Assembly: GCA_965276755.1 (NCBI GenBank)
Contig: OZ255625.1
Coordinates: 1,020,784 to 1,084,783, forward strand
DNA: 64,000 bases
Direction of reading: 5' to 3'
Origin: Acetobacteraceae bacterium
GTDB lineage: Bacteria; Pseudomonadota; Alphaproteobacteria; Acetobacterales; Acetobacteraceae
A program made the position numbers and the translations under genes. Below the pieces are notes generated by a model that was not told the DNA's origin, did no database searches, and worked only from the letters and a program-made list of their open reading frames with translations. This document shows, piece by piece, positions 51,873 through 61,675 of this stretch (positions within the stretch are counted from its first letter, which is position 1; the number at the start of each line of letters is the position of its first letter).

Positions 51873-52961
51873 TCAGGCCAGCACAGCGCCCTTGAGGCGC
51901 GTACACCCATGCCCGCGCGCCCAAACCATCTGCGCCGCGTCATCAACCCCGCCCAACACCAGCATTCCCCGCTCCGGCAGCCGCGACGGATCGGCCGCAA
52001 CCTCCGCACTCAGCGTCACCTCCGCGTAGTCCAGCCCTGCCGCGCGCAGATCCAGCAGCCCCGCCCCCGCGCGCAACAGCAGCTTGTAACCCCGGGCAGA
52101 AGCATAATTGCGCGCAAAGCAGAAGGACAGCGTGTCGGCCAGAATGTCCGGCTCCTCCAGTTCCAGCACGACCTTGCCCCGCAACCCGGCCGGCAACGCC
52201 GCATCGAAGGCCAGGAATGCCGCCGACAATATGGAGGAGACCGAAATTGCCATGGAAAACGGCCGCGCCCCGGCGAGTTCCCGCGGCGCGGTCAACATCG
52301 CCAGCACCCGCCGCTCGATGCTGCGCGAGAGGCGCCGGAACAGCCAACTCCCCTCCTGCAAATGCCGCCCGGGACACAGGGTGGCCGCCATCTCCACAAT
52401 GCCGATCGCCCGCTCCTCCCAGGCCAGCCTGGGCGCCGCGCCTTCGATGTCGATCACCGGCCGAGCGCGCACGAATTGCGACAGGTCGGCCTGCGTCAGC
52501 GTCTCCTCCAGCCGGATCAGCAGCGGAACGTCCAGCCCCAGCGCAGGGTCGACGGCGTGGTCGAGCTGGGTTTCGAGGTCGGCCAGCCCGTCCAGCAGCC
52601 ACGCCGCCTGGCCAGGCAGGTCATAGATCGAAAGGAGCTGGCCCAGCGGCACGGTTCCCCCTTGCGGCAGATCGCCGAGCAGAACGTCCAGCCCCGCCAT
52701 GGCGCCCTCGATCTCCTCGGCCCCGCGTGGCCGCCAGACAATGGCCAGGCGCCCGCGCGACAGCTCGAAGCTCTGCGCATGGTCCCGCTCGCTCAGCCCG
52801 GCCAGGGCGGCGCGCGCCAGGCGATGGTGGTGGGGCTTGGCCAGCGCGGCCGGCATGCGGTCCATGTGCAAAAGCACGGCGCGACGGGGCACGCCGGCGG
52901 TCTGGGTCTGGCGTACGATCTCGCGCAGCGCGCGGCCGGCCTGGGCTTCCAATGCGTTCAC
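51873..52961 (-). CDS. Degenerate EAL-like domain protein
   Basis: GTG start overlaps the upstream stop (GTGA); VVLEL...FARNY...GVDDAAQMVWARGHGCTRLKG resembles an EAL fold lacking catalytic residues. Confidence 0.6.
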   Translation of the reverse strand: MNALEAQAGRALREIVRQTQTAGVPRRAVLLHMDRMPAALAKPHHHRLARAALAGLSERDHAQSFELSRGRLAIVWRPRGAEEIEGAMAGLDVLLGDLPQGGTVPLGQLLSIYDLPGQAAWLLDGLADLETQLDHAVDPALGLDVPLLIRLEETLTQADLSQFVRARPVIDIEGAAPRLAWEERAIGIVEMAATLCPGRHLQEGSWLFRRLSRSIERRVLAMLTAPRELAGARPFSMAISVSSILSAAFLAFDAALPAGLRGKVVLELEEPDILADTLSFCFARNYASARGYKLLLRAGAGLLDLRAAGLDYAEVTLSAEVAADPSRLPERGMLVLGGVDDAAQMVWARGHGCTRLKGAVLA

Positions 52962-54361
52962 GCCGCCTGCCGCCTGGCGGGCGGCGTGTGGCTGGGCATG
53001 TCCAACAGTCCCGGGTTGCCGCAGGCCGTGCGCGGTCCAGGTGCGAGCATCTGCGCCCGCCCGGTGCACTGGCGCAGCGTGCAGGCGCGCGCGCTGTGGC
53101 AGATTGCGATGCGCGATGCCGCCTGCACCGCATCGATATAGGGCCCCTGGAAGCGTGTAATCCCGCGCGCCTGCGCCCAGAGCAACGCCGCCTCGCCATC
53201 AGCCTCGTGCAGAACCACGCGGGCGGGTCCGATCGCGGCCAATGCGGTATCCAGAGGCGCCAGCAGCGCGCGCGGCCCATCGGCCATGCGGCTCGACCAG
53301 GCGAGCTTGACCAGGGCAGGCGCAAGCGCCGCCGTATCGATCATCGCCAGCCCGGCATGATCGATGCCGCCCAGCACCAGGCCGAAATCCAGCTGGCTCA
53401 GCAGATCGCGGGCAAAGAGTGTCAGCGGCGGGTCGGCCACCGCATCCATGGCCGACATCTCGATGGCAAAGCGCGCCCCACGCGCCTGCGCCATTTGCGC
53501 CAGGCGCGCAAAGCCGGGCGAGACGATGGCCTCGGGCGAGAGGTTCAGGTGCATCGGCACGCCCAGCAGCAAGGCCGGCCGGCTCAGCGTGCCGCCGACG
53601 CGCAAATCCTCTGTCACATGGGCCAGCAGCCGCGCATCCAGGGTCGTGGCCACGTGGCGGTGAATGAACGGGTCGGCCAGCGGGGCAGCCTCGCTTGCCG
53701 CGTGCGGCCGGATGGGGACGAACAGCACCTCGCGATACAGCGGGGAAAAGCGCGCGGCGAGCGGCAGGCCCTCGCCCGGTTGCAGCATGATCGCGGTCTG
53801 CTGCATCAGGATCTGGCGCAGATCGATGCCGCCCAGCCGCGCCATCAGCGTGGGCAAGCCGGCCGACGAGACGGCCTCCTCGGCCCGGCGCTCGATCACC
53901 GCCGGTTCGGCTAGGCGCTGGCTGATATAGTCGCGGAATGCGCCGGGTTGTTCGTCCAGCCGCCAGATCGTGCTCAGCACCGCCTCGGGCGCATCGAAGC
54001 CGAACAGGCGTTGCAGCGACTGCATCAGACCCAACGGCGCGGGCGAAGGCCGGCCAGGCCGCGCCTCCTCCTCCGGCGCGGCGCAGAGCAACACCAGATC
54101 GGTGTTGCGCATCGGAAAGACCTGTCCGCCCAGCCGCTGGGCCGTGTCCATCATCAGCGCGAGCGCGACGCGTGTTTGATAGGAGCGCGGCTGCGGGTGC
54201 TTCAGGCGCGAGAGGTGCAGCGCCATGGCCAGCCGGCCCTTGGGCGCGCGCAAGGCGCGATCGACAGCATCCATCAGCAGCCGTTCGGCACCCGAACCAG
54301 CGGGCGCCTCAGCCGGGCCGGAGGAGGTGGCGCGATCGGTGTCCTGCGTGCTCAGCGTCAT
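52958..54361 (-). CDS. Degenerate EAL-like domain protein with a Cys-rich tail
   Basis: MHLNLS, FAIEMS, LVKLAWS, GITRFQG EAL-fold hallmarks; no ExL or DDFGTG; C-terminal CHSARACTLRQC...C. Confidence 0.65.
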   Translation of the reverse strand: MTLSTQDTDRATSSGPAEAPAGSGAERLLMDAVDRALRAPKGRLAMALHLSRLKHPQPRSYQTRVALALMMDTAQRLGGQVFPMRNTDLVLLCAAPEEEARPGRPSPAPLGLMQSLQRLFGFDAPEAVLSTIWRLDEQPGAFRDYISQRLAEPAVIERRAEEAVSSAGLPTLMARLGGIDLRQILMQQTAIMLQPGEGLPLAARFSPLYREVLFVPIRPHAASEAAPLADPFIHRHVATTLDARLLAHVTEDLRVGGTLSRPALLLGVPMHLNLSPEAIVSPGFARLAQMAQARGARFAIEMSAMDAVADPPLTLFARDLLSQLDFGLVLGGIDHAGLAMIDTAALAPALVKLAWSSRMADGPRALLAPLDTALAAIGPARVVLHEADGEAALLWAQARGITRFQGPYIDAVQAASRIAICHSARACTLRQCTGRAQMLAPGPRTACGNPGLLDMPSHTPPARRQAA

Positions 54362-54459
54362 GCCGTCCTGTCACGCGCCTCCAAAGCTGCGGCAGCGCGC
54401 CCGGCGTGGCGGCGCCGCAACCCGGTTCATCTCCGCGCATTTCTCCCCTAAACTGGACG

Positions 54460-55209
54460 ATGATGGTTGATTCGCAGTTAGCGTCCAACGCCCTCTCGCC
54501 GGTGGCCGCACCCGGCCGCGTGCCCGAAGGCAGGCGCGTCTATGCCGTGGGGGACGTGCATGGCTGCCTGGATCGCCTCGTCTCGCTGCATTGGGCAATC
54601 GCCGCCGACCTCGCCGCCCATCCGGTGCGGGACAGCGTGCTGGTCCATCTGGGCGATTACGTCGATCGCGGCCCCGACAGTGCGGGCGTGCTCTGGCTGC
54701 TGGGCGGCGCCGTCGCCCCCCCTGTTGACCGCCGCGTCGATCTGCGCGGCAATCACGAGGCCATGATGATGGCGGCGCTCAATGCGGGCGGCCGCGCCGC
54801 CAGCCAGTGGCTGGACAATGGCGGCGAGGCGACTCTGCGCAGCTACGGCGTCGCCGAGCCCCTCGACATCCGCCCGCAAGAATGGCGTGCCGCAATCCCG
54901 GCCGCCCACCTCGCCTGGATCGACAATCTGGACATGATGCACCGCGAAGGCAGCTACGTCTTCGTTCATGCCGGCATCCGGCCGGGTGTCTCACTCATGT
55001 CGCAGACCCGCGAAGACGTGCTGTGGATCAGGGAACCCTTTTTGTCCGACCGCTCGCCGCGCGACGTCGTGGTCGTGCATGGCCACACGATCACCAAGGC
55101 GCCGGAGGTGCTGGACACACGTATCGGTATTGATACGGGTGCGGTGGTCGGCGGGGCGCTGACTTGCCTGGTGCTGGAGGAGGATCGGCTGCGGTTTTTG
55201 ACGGCGTGA
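54460..55209 (+). CDS. Metallophosphoesterase (PrpA/PphA-like Ser/Thr phosphatase)
   Basis: GDVHG, GDYVDRG, RGNHE, FVHAG, VVHGHT, IDTG motifs. Confidence 0.93.
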   Translation: MMVDSQLASNALSPVAAPGRVPEGRRVYAVGDVHGCLDRLVSLHWAIAADLAAHPVRDSVLVHLGDYVDRGPDSAGVLWLLGGAVAPPVDRRVDLRGNHEAMMMAALNAGGRAASQWLDNGGEATLRSYGVAEPLDIRPQEWRAAIPAAHLAWIDNLDMMHREGSYVFVHAGIRPGVSLMSQTREDVLWIREPFLSDRSPRDVVVVHGHTITKAPEVLDTRIGIDTGAVVGGALTCLVLEEDRLRFLTA

Positions 55210-55257
55210 GAAAGAAGGAAGGACTTCTTTTTTGAAAAAAGAAGCAAAAAACTTTTG
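55210..55257. repeat. Family B repeat
   Basis: AAGAAGGAAGGACTTCTTTTTTGAAAAAAGAAGCAAAAAACTTTTG. Confidence 0.87.
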
Positions 55258-55269
55258 CAAATTCGCGCC

Positions 55270-55497
55270 TTACTTTGGTAGTGTGTGAGATTGAATATTG
55301 TAGGATTGAGATGTTTGAGGCGCAGGCGGTAGGCGGTCCCTGAATTCCCTAAGCAACACAATCATGCGTTCGCTCCATTGACACTGAATTTTAAGGAAGC
55401 GCTGCGTTTGAATAAACCCGATGACGACGATCAGGACCAATGGTAGCCAGATCAAAGGCAGGTTGACGGTATGTGGCCTCATTTTGGGGCTCTGCAA
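55270..55497 (-). CDS. Possible small membrane protein
   Basis: One hydrophobic helix (LPLIWLPLVLIVVIGFI); AT-rich; no family recognised. Confidence 0.3.
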   Translation of the reverse strand: MQSPKMRPHTVNLPLIWLPLVLIVVIGFIQTQRFLKIQCQWSERMIVLLREFRDRLPPAPQTSQSYNIQSHTLPK

Positions 55498-55776
55498 ATG
55501 ATGTGACTCGACCTGCCGGGACCAGCCTAGACCGTGTTTATTTATACGCCTGCGGGCTCCGACGCCTTCGCCTGCGCGTCAACCAGGGTCACTATATCCC
55601 CGTGCTCGGTGTTGTTGGTCAGTTTGAGCCGCCCGGATTGTAGCCCTAGCTGGTTCCGCTTGGGTCCGGGTCTATCGGTGGCTAGTTTGTTAGTCGCGGA
55701 TTCCGTGATTTTCCAGGAGAGTGAAGGGCTACCCCAGCAAAGCCCGACGGGCCGCGAGAGAAAGAACGGAGAAGCA

Positions 55777-58176
55777 ATGGGATCGCTGTACGAAGCGTTG
55801 AAGCAGGTGAAAAGCGAAGAGGATGTTAAAGACGCATACATACGAGCGCTCGGCCTCCGCAAATTTACGAAGGGTCTGATCGACATACGAACCAAGGAAG
55901 TCTGGTTTGAGGCGAAAGACCGGGGCGGCACGTCCAGCTACAAAATGTTCACCCAGCTCCTACATTACGTCCAGGACGGCTTGGACAAAGGCGAAGAGTT
56001 GCCGCCTATTCTTGCGGTTGTGGACACGGAAAAGGCAGCGATAATGAAGACCGCTGTCGTTATACCCTTCCTCAAAAAGAAAACTATTAAATGGGGAAAG
56101 TCAGCGACCCAGTTCCCCAAGGAGGCATTGGACCAGGTATCTGCTTACATCGGCGCGCATCTGGTGTCGTTCAAACTCGCTACGCACGAGGCCGAGTTCA
56201 TCAGCACGGTGAAGGCGGCGATCAAGGCGGGCGATATCATCCGGACCCAGATCACGCCGGACAACCTCAAGCAGGTATTCGACAGGTGGGTTGAGATGGT
56301 CGGACGCGAGATCGGCGGAGCGTCGGAAGACGATTACGCGCTGCTGTTTTTTGCCGACGTCATGAGTGACGGCACGGTGGCAACGCACGAGAACCTGCCG
56401 GCTGAACTCCTGCACCAAAACAACGCGCCGGTTTTTAGCTTGGGTGGCAAAATCTACAAGCTAGGCAACAAGGAAGGTTACCGGCAGTTTTGGGCGATCT
56501 ATCACCGTCCGCCCGACAAGGCTTATCGCGACTATCTGCTTGAGCGGCGCGACACACTGATCCCGACCCACGCCCGCAGCTTCACTGGTGCCTACTACAC
56601 ACCGCTAGAAGTTGTGGACAAGGCTTACGATAAGCTGGCGGAAGTCCTTGGTAAGAACTGGCAGAGGAACTACTTTGTTTGGGATATGTGTTGCGGTGTG
56701 GGCAATCTCGAAGTCAAGCACTCCAATCCCCGAAACGTGTTTATGAGCACGCTTGATAAATCCGATGTGGATGTCATGCGAGCCACCAAGACCTGCGTCG
56801 CGGCGACGCGGTTTCAGTATGATTACCTCAAAGACGATATAACCGATGAGGGGATAATCAACTACAGCCTAACCGGCAAGATGCCAGAAGCGCTGCTGAA
56901 CGCCATTTCTGCGCGCAAAAGAATTCTCATCCTGATAAATCCACCTTACGCGGAGGCAGCCAACTCGCAGGGCAACCAGGGCAAAACCAATGTTGCCAGC
57001 ACCAAGATCGGCGCACTGATGAGGAACGAAGAGCTCGGGTACGCGGCACGAGAACTGTTTGTCCAATTCATGATGAGAGTTTCCAAGGAAATACCGAACG
57101 CGACATTGGCGATGTTCAGCAAACTGAAGTATGTGAATGCGCCCAACTTCGAAGGGTTTCGCAGTTACTGGAGCGCTCGCTTTCTGGGCGGGTTCATCAT
57201 CCACAGCAAAGCCTTTGATGGATTGAGGGGAGACTTTCCGATCGGCTTCTTGGTTTGGAAGTGCGAGCAGAGCGCCGCTACAAAGACCGCGATAGAAGAA
57301 ATCACTTGCGAAATGTTAAACAGGTGGGCGCAACCGATAGGAGAGAAGACATTCTACCACCTGCCGAATGCGGCGTTTCTAACCGATTGGATGCCCCGCG
57401 CTAAGAAGAACGGTGAGGACGTGATTCCTTTAATTAACGCCATAACGCCCGCGCCGAAAACGACCGGCTTGAGAAATACGAAATGGGCAGAAGGTGCGAT
57501 AGCGCACTTCTTCTGTAACGGAAACGACCTGCAGAATGCCGGCACGATGACCGCGATCTTCTCTTCGGTTCACTCCATCGGCCATGCAGGCGGCTACTTC
57601 ATAACCAGAGAAAACCTCTGGAAAGCCGCCGTCATGTTTTCGGTGCGCCGCCTCATCAAGCCTCTCTGGAAGAATGATCGAGACCAATTTCTGAAGCCGG
57701 AAAAACCTTTGAGCGACAAGTTCAAGAGCGATTGTTTGGTCTGGATGTTGTTTAACGGCAGCAACCTGACTGCGGGCGCGAACGGTCTAAAGTGGGACAA
57801 CAAAACTTGGAGTGTCGTGAACCACTTCATCCCGTTCACGGAAAAAGAGGTCGGTGCCGCCGACCGGTTCGAATCGGACTTCATGGCGAAGCACCTCCGC
57901 GGCAAAACCCAGTCGACGGAAGCAGATGCTGTGCTGAGGGCAGGGCGAGCCCTTTGGAAAACCTACTTCTCGGCCCACGACGTTTACAATGTCCGCTTGG
58001 AACTCAAGCTCAACCGTCCCGACGTCGGCTGGTACCAGGTGCGAAACGCCTTGAAGCGCCGCGAAGATGGTCGAGACGAGATCGAAGTCGAGTTCCTGAC
58101 CTTCGAGGCCGTCTACAAAGCCTTGACGGACAAGCTTGTGCCGCAGGTTTATGACTTTGGATTCCTACGCACTTAA
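55777..58176 (+). CDS. Single-chain restriction-modification enzyme (type IIG/IIL-like): nuclease + N6-adenine MTase + specificity region
   Basis: N-terminal LID...WFEAK (PD-(D/E)xK), GAYYTP, WDMCCGVG (motif I), ILINPPY (motif IV); GGAGA RBS before ATG 55777; 799 aa. Confidence 0.82.
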   Translation: MGSLYEALKQVKSEEDVKDAYIRALGLRKFTKGLIDIRTKEVWFEAKDRGGTSSYKMFTQLLHYVQDGLDKGEELPPILAVVDTEKAAIMKTAVVIPFLKKKTIKWGKSATQFPKEALDQVSAYIGAHLVSFKLATHEAEFISTVKAAIKAGDIIRTQITPDNLKQVFDRWVEMVGREIGGASEDDYALLFFADVMSDGTVATHENLPAELLHQNNAPVFSLGGKIYKLGNKEGYRQFWAIYHRPPDKAYRDYLLERRDTLIPTHARSFTGAYYTPLEVVDKAYDKLAEVLGKNWQRNYFVWDMCCGVGNLEVKHSNPRNVFMSTLDKSDVDVMRATKTCVAATRFQYDYLKDDITDEGIINYSLTGKMPEALLNAISARKRILILINPPYAEAANSQGNQGKTNVASTKIGALMRNEELGYAARELFVQFMMRVSKEIPNATLAMFSKLKYVNAPNFEGFRSYWSARFLGGFIIHSKAFDGLRGDFPIGFLVWKCEQSAATKTAIEEITCEMLNRWAQPIGEKTFYHLPNAAFLTDWMPRAKKNGEDVIPLINAITPAPKTTGLRNTKWAEGAIAHFFCNGNDLQNAGTMTAIFSSVHSIGHAGGYFITRENLWKAAVMFSVRRLIKPLWKNDRDQFLKPEKPLSDKFKSDCLVWMLFNGSNLTAGANGLKWDNKTWSVVNHFIPFTEKEVGAADRFESDFMAKHLRGKTQSTEADAVLRAGRALWKTYFSAHDVYNVRLELKLNRPDVGWYQVRNALKRREDGRDEIEVEFLTFEAVYKALTDKLVPQVYDFGFLRT

Positions 58177-58283
58177 GACGCGCAAATGGGAATACCATCC
58201 GCAGAATATTCAAATTGATCCGCTACGAAATGGTTGTTAGATTTTTAAGACTGAGACACTACCCTTGCTTTGCGACGATCGAC

Positions 58284-58598
58284 TTAATGCGGCAAATAGG
58301 TGATGATGAACGCAAACACGATGACAGCCACGACGAATAGGGCGCCCACCCAGAACGTGATGACGCCAATTTTCGTGAACTTGCGCAGCTCCTTCAGGCC
58401 GCACGAAGAACAGCACCCGTGCGACGGATCGGTATAGATCTGAAACCCGGTTGGGGGAGCCAGATAGCCGCGGCGGCGCCACTCTTTCTCCGGCATTTGC
58501 GGCCGGCGATTAGCCTTCGCCTGCTGCTCCGCCACTTCGGGACCTTTGGGAGAGATGGGCCTGCCGCAGACGCGGCACTGATAGACACCGTAAGTCAT
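58284..58598 (-). CDS. Hypothetical Zn-binding membrane protein
   Basis: CRVC ... CCSSC and a C-terminal TM helix. Confidence 0.6.
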   Translation of the reverse strand: MTYGVYQCRVCGRPISPKGPEVAEQQAKANRRPQMPEKEWRRRGYLAPPTGFQIYTDPSHGCCSSCGLKELRKFTKIGVITFWVGALFVVAVIVFAFIITYLPH

Positions 58599-58629
58599 TC
58601 CGCAACGCCTTTTTCGCAAACGAATAAGG

Positions 58630-58695
58630 CTGGAGCAGCAGTGCTTGCCCCCCAGACCACGGTCATCAGTTTAGTCGATGCCTGAACTGATGACC
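58630..58695. repeat. Degenerate family A element with its linker hairpin
   Basis: GCAGTGCTTGCCCCCCAGACCACGGTC-ATCAGTTTAGTCGATGCCTGAACTGAT-GACC; 11-bp perfect inverted arms. Confidence 0.65.
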
Positions 58696-58696
58696 T

Positions 58697-59596
58697 TCAA
58701 CTTGTCTTTCCAAACGCCTCCAGCGCCCGCAGCACGATCACCGCACCAGCCTCCTGCACGAAGTGCCCGGCATCTTCCAGTTCCAGCGGCGGCGGCAAAC
58801 CGCGTATATCCCGGGCCAGCGCCCGCATGGCAGGCGGCCCCAGCACAGGGTCCTTCATCCCGATCGCCATGAAACTCCGCCCGCGCCACTCTGAGCGCCA
58901 CCAGGCGCGCGCCTCTCGTGACAATTCGGCACCCTCCGCGTCCGGCCGGTCGGGCACCAGATTGGGAAAGCGCCGCACGCCAGCCTTGTAGCGCGCATCC
59001 GGAAAAGGCGCCGCATAAGCTGCCGCTTCCTCGGCCGATAGCGCCGGCACGCTGCGCGCCATCAGCGCGGCTATGTCCATGTCAGGGTGGCTGTTATTGA
59101 AAGCGCGCCAGGCAAGGAAACCCTCGCCCAGCGGCGCCTCGCCCGTAGCCAGCGCGGTGTTCATGACCAGCAGGCGCGAAAAGGCGCCGGGCAATGCCAT
59201 GGGCAGGGTCAGGCCCAGCAGGCCGCCCCAGTCCTGGCAGACAAGCGTGGCATCGCGCAGCCCATGGTGGCGCACGAAATCCAGCAGCGACGTGCGGTGG
59301 AAGCCGAACGTGTAAACCCCCGCCTCCTCCGGCTTGTCTGACCGGCCGAATCCGAACAAATCCGGCGCCAGCACGCGCACACCCGCGGCCAGAAAGGCGG
59401 GGATCATCTTGCGGTAGAGGTAGCTCCATGTCGGCTGGCCATGCAGGCACAGAACCACCGGCGCGTCCGCCGGCCCCTCGTCGAGGTAATGCATGCGCAA
59501 GCTGCCCGAGCCGGGCAGATCGCTCACATAGCGGGGCGACCATGGGTAGCCAGGCAGATGGGCAAAGCTTTCGTCTGGCGTTCTGAGCGCTTGCAT
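58697..59596 (-). CDS. Haloalkane dehalogenase
   Basis: RTPDESF, HGQPTWSYLYRKMI, FGFGRSDKP, QDWGG, GHFVQE motifs (DhlA-like). Confidence 0.88.
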   Translation of the reverse strand: MQALRTPDESFAHLPGYPWSPRYVSDLPGSGSLRMHYLDEGPADAPVVLCLHGQPTWSYLYRKMIPAFLAAGVRVLAPDLFGFGRSDKPEEAGVYTFGFHRTSLLDFVRHHGLRDATLVCQDWGGLLGLTLPMALPGAFSRLLVMNTALATGEAPLGEGFLAWRAFNNSHPDMDIAALMARSVPALSAEEAAAYAAPFPDARYKAGVRRFPNLVPDRPDAEGAELSREARAWWRSEWRGRSFMAIGMKDPVLGPPAMRALARDIRGLPPPLELEDAGHFVQEAGAVIVLRALEAFGKTS

Positions 59597-59720
59597 GACC
59601 GGGCGTGCCTCTACGGCTGGCGGCGCTCGCCTTGCGGAACAAAGCGTCGCCTGGTGTCGTTGGCGGGTATCGGTGCACCACATGGGTGCGCCACCTCGGG
59701 CGCGAAAAGGGCTTGCCTCA

Positions 59721-60221
59721 ATGAAAACGCCGACCACTATCCTGGTCCTCTGCGCCCTCGCCCTTCCGTGGCATGGCCTGCGCGCTCAGGAACCGCCGCC
59801 GGCGACAACCGAGCCCAGCCAATCCGTTACGGCACCAGCCACCACCGGCCAGACGCGGCCTACGCGGCCCCTGACCCACCATACGCGTCATCATCGCCGC
59901 CGGCATGGCGTGCACCTGCAACCCCAGGCCGCAGCACCCGTGGAAGCACCCGCGCCTGTGCAAGCCGGCTCGCCCGGCACGGCGCCGGCACCCATGCCCA
60001 ACGAGGATATCGGTCCACCCCGCCCGGCGGCCAGCAACGACACCTCGGTCGATCCCGGCAACCTCTCGATCCACTATCCGTCCTTGGGCAACGGCTACGT
60101 GCCGGGCTCCAGCCCGCAGGACATGGAAAACAACCAGACCCCCAAGGTGCCGGGTGTCACGGTCAAGGTGCCCCTGGAGCAGCCCCGGCCGGAGACCCTG
60201 CCCGCGCCCGAAGCGCATTGA
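59721..60221 (+). CDS. Secreted Pro/His-rich hypothetical protein
   Basis: Signal peptide MKTPTTILVLCALALPWHGLRAQ; low complexity. Confidence 0.65.
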   Translation: MKTPTTILVLCALALPWHGLRAQEPPPATTEPSQSVTAPATTGQTRPTRPLTHHTRHHRRRHGVHLQPQAAAPVEAPAPVQAGSPGTAPAPMPNEDIGPPRPAASNDTSVDPGNLSIHYPSLGNGYVPGSSPQDMENNQTPKVPGVTVKVPLEQPRPETLPAPEAH

Positions 60222-60309
60222 TCCGCATGGAAGAAGCTGGCTTGACAGGCCACCCCCCCGCCTCTAGCAAGCCCGCGCCCTGTGGCCCCGGCGCTGACCG
60301 GGTGCGGCG

Positions 60310-60621
60310 ATGATCGGGCAGAATGGCGCGCCGGACCCATCCTCCTTCGAGGAAAGGCTGCGGGCGGCGAGCAGCACGGCGGGCCTGGATGCCCCAGCTT
60401 CGGCCAGGGCCGGCGCAGATGCATCCGCGCTCGGCTTCGGCTTGCGTGTGGGTGTGGAGCTGCTTGCAGCCCTAGTCGTGGCCATCGCCATCGGCTGGGG
60501 GCTGGATCGCTGGCTGCACACCATGCCGCTGTTCCTGATCATCTTCGTGCTGCTTGGCGGGGCGGCCGGGGTGGCAAATCTGTGGCGCATGGTCTCGCCC
60601 GGGCGCCCCGGTTCAGGGTAG
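60310..60621 (+). CDS. atpI: AtpZ/AtpI-family protein
   Basis: GWGLDRWLHTMP, two TM helices; first gene of the F0 operon. Confidence 0.88.
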   Translation: MIGQNGAPDPSSFEERLRAASSTAGLDAPASARAGADASALGFGLRVGVELLAALVVAIAIGWGLDRWLHTMPLFLIIFVLLGGAAGVANLWRMVSPGRPGSG

Positions 60622-60645
60622 CGGACTAAACAGGGGGCGGGCAGC

Positions 60646-61398
60646 GTGGCAGGCGGCGCAGGCATCAAGATCGAGCCATTGGAGCAATTCACGCTCCATC
60701 CCTGGCTCGGCGGGCTCGGCGTGAACTTCACCCAGGCCAATGCGGTGATGGTGGTGGGCGCGCTGCTGGTGCTCGCGCTGTTGCATTACGGATCGCGCCC
60801 GCGCGCAATCGTGCCCGGGCGGCTGCAGGCCGCGGCCGAAATGGCGCATGATTTCCTCTACCGCATGGCGATCGACCAGATCGGGCCCGAGGGCAAGCGC
60901 TACTTCCCTTTCATCTTCACGCTCTTCTTCTTCGTGCTGATGGGCAATCTGCTCGGCCTGGTGCCTTACGCCTTCACCTATACGAGCCACATCGCCGTCA
61001 CCGCCGCACTCGCCATCATGGTCATCGTGCTGGTCACGATCGTTGCGCTGATGGAGCACGGCTTGCAGTTCTTCACCTATTTCTTCCCCTCCGGCGCGCC
61101 CGTTTTTCTGGCGCCGCTGATCGTGCCGATCGAAATCATCTCCTATCTCTCGCGCCCGGTCAGCCTCTCGATCCGCCTGTTCGCCAACATGGTGGCCGGC
61201 CACGTCATGCTCGCCGTGTTTGCCACGTTCGTGGTGACGCTGGGCAGCATCGGCGCGATCGGCATCCTGGGTGCCGCCGGACCGCTGGCGCTGAACGTGG
61301 TGCTGATCGGCTTTGAATTGCTGGTTGCGGCATTGCAGGCCTACGTGTTTGCGATCCTGACCTGCATCTACCTGCATGACGCGGTGCATCTGCACTAA
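60646..61398 (+). CDS. atpB: ATP synthase F0 subunit a
   Basis: PGRLQ, SRPVSLSIRLFANMVAGH, LQAYVFAILT motifs. Confidence 0.97.
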   Translation: MAGGAGIKIEPLEQFTLHPWLGGLGVNFTQANAVMVVGALLVLALLHYGSRPRAIVPGRLQAAAEMAHDFLYRMAIDQIGPEGKRYFPFIFTLFFFVLMGNLLGLVPYAFTYTSHIAVTAALAIMVIVLVTIVALMEHGLQFFTYFFPSGAPVFLAPLIVPIEIISYLSRPVSLSIRLFANMVAGHVMLAVFATFVVTLGSIGAIGILGAAGPLALNVVLIGFELLVAALQAYVFAILTCIYLHDAVHLH

Positions 61399-61440
61399 GC
61401 CCCGCGTCGTTTTTTCTGTTCAACGAAGGAGAGTTTCAAC

Positions 61441-61665
61441 ATGGACGTCGCAGCAGCCACCAAACTAGGCGCAGGCATCGCAGTCATCGCACTTGCAGGC
61501 GTGGGCATCGGCATCGGCAACATCTTCTCTGCGTTGGTGACCTCGATCGCGCGCAACCCGTCCGCGCGCGACCAGGTCTTTGGCCTGGGCATTCTGGGTT
61601 TTGCGCTGACCGAAGCCGTTGCGTTGTTCGCGCTGCTGATCGCCTTCCTGATCCTGTTCACCTGA
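61441..61665 (+). CDS. atpE: ATP synthase F0 subunit c
   Basis: GAGIA...GIGIG, ARNP, FALTEA motifs. Confidence 0.97.
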   Translation: MDVAAATKLGAGIAVIALAGVGIGIGNIFSALVTSIARNPSARDQVFGLGILGFALTEAVALFALLIAFLILFT

Positions 61666-61675
61666 TCGCACCGGC

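Noticed and set aside
55500-55776. Possible ncRNA or gene remnant upstream of the RM gene
   Set aside because: No convincing stable structure, repeat or protein motif seen by eye.
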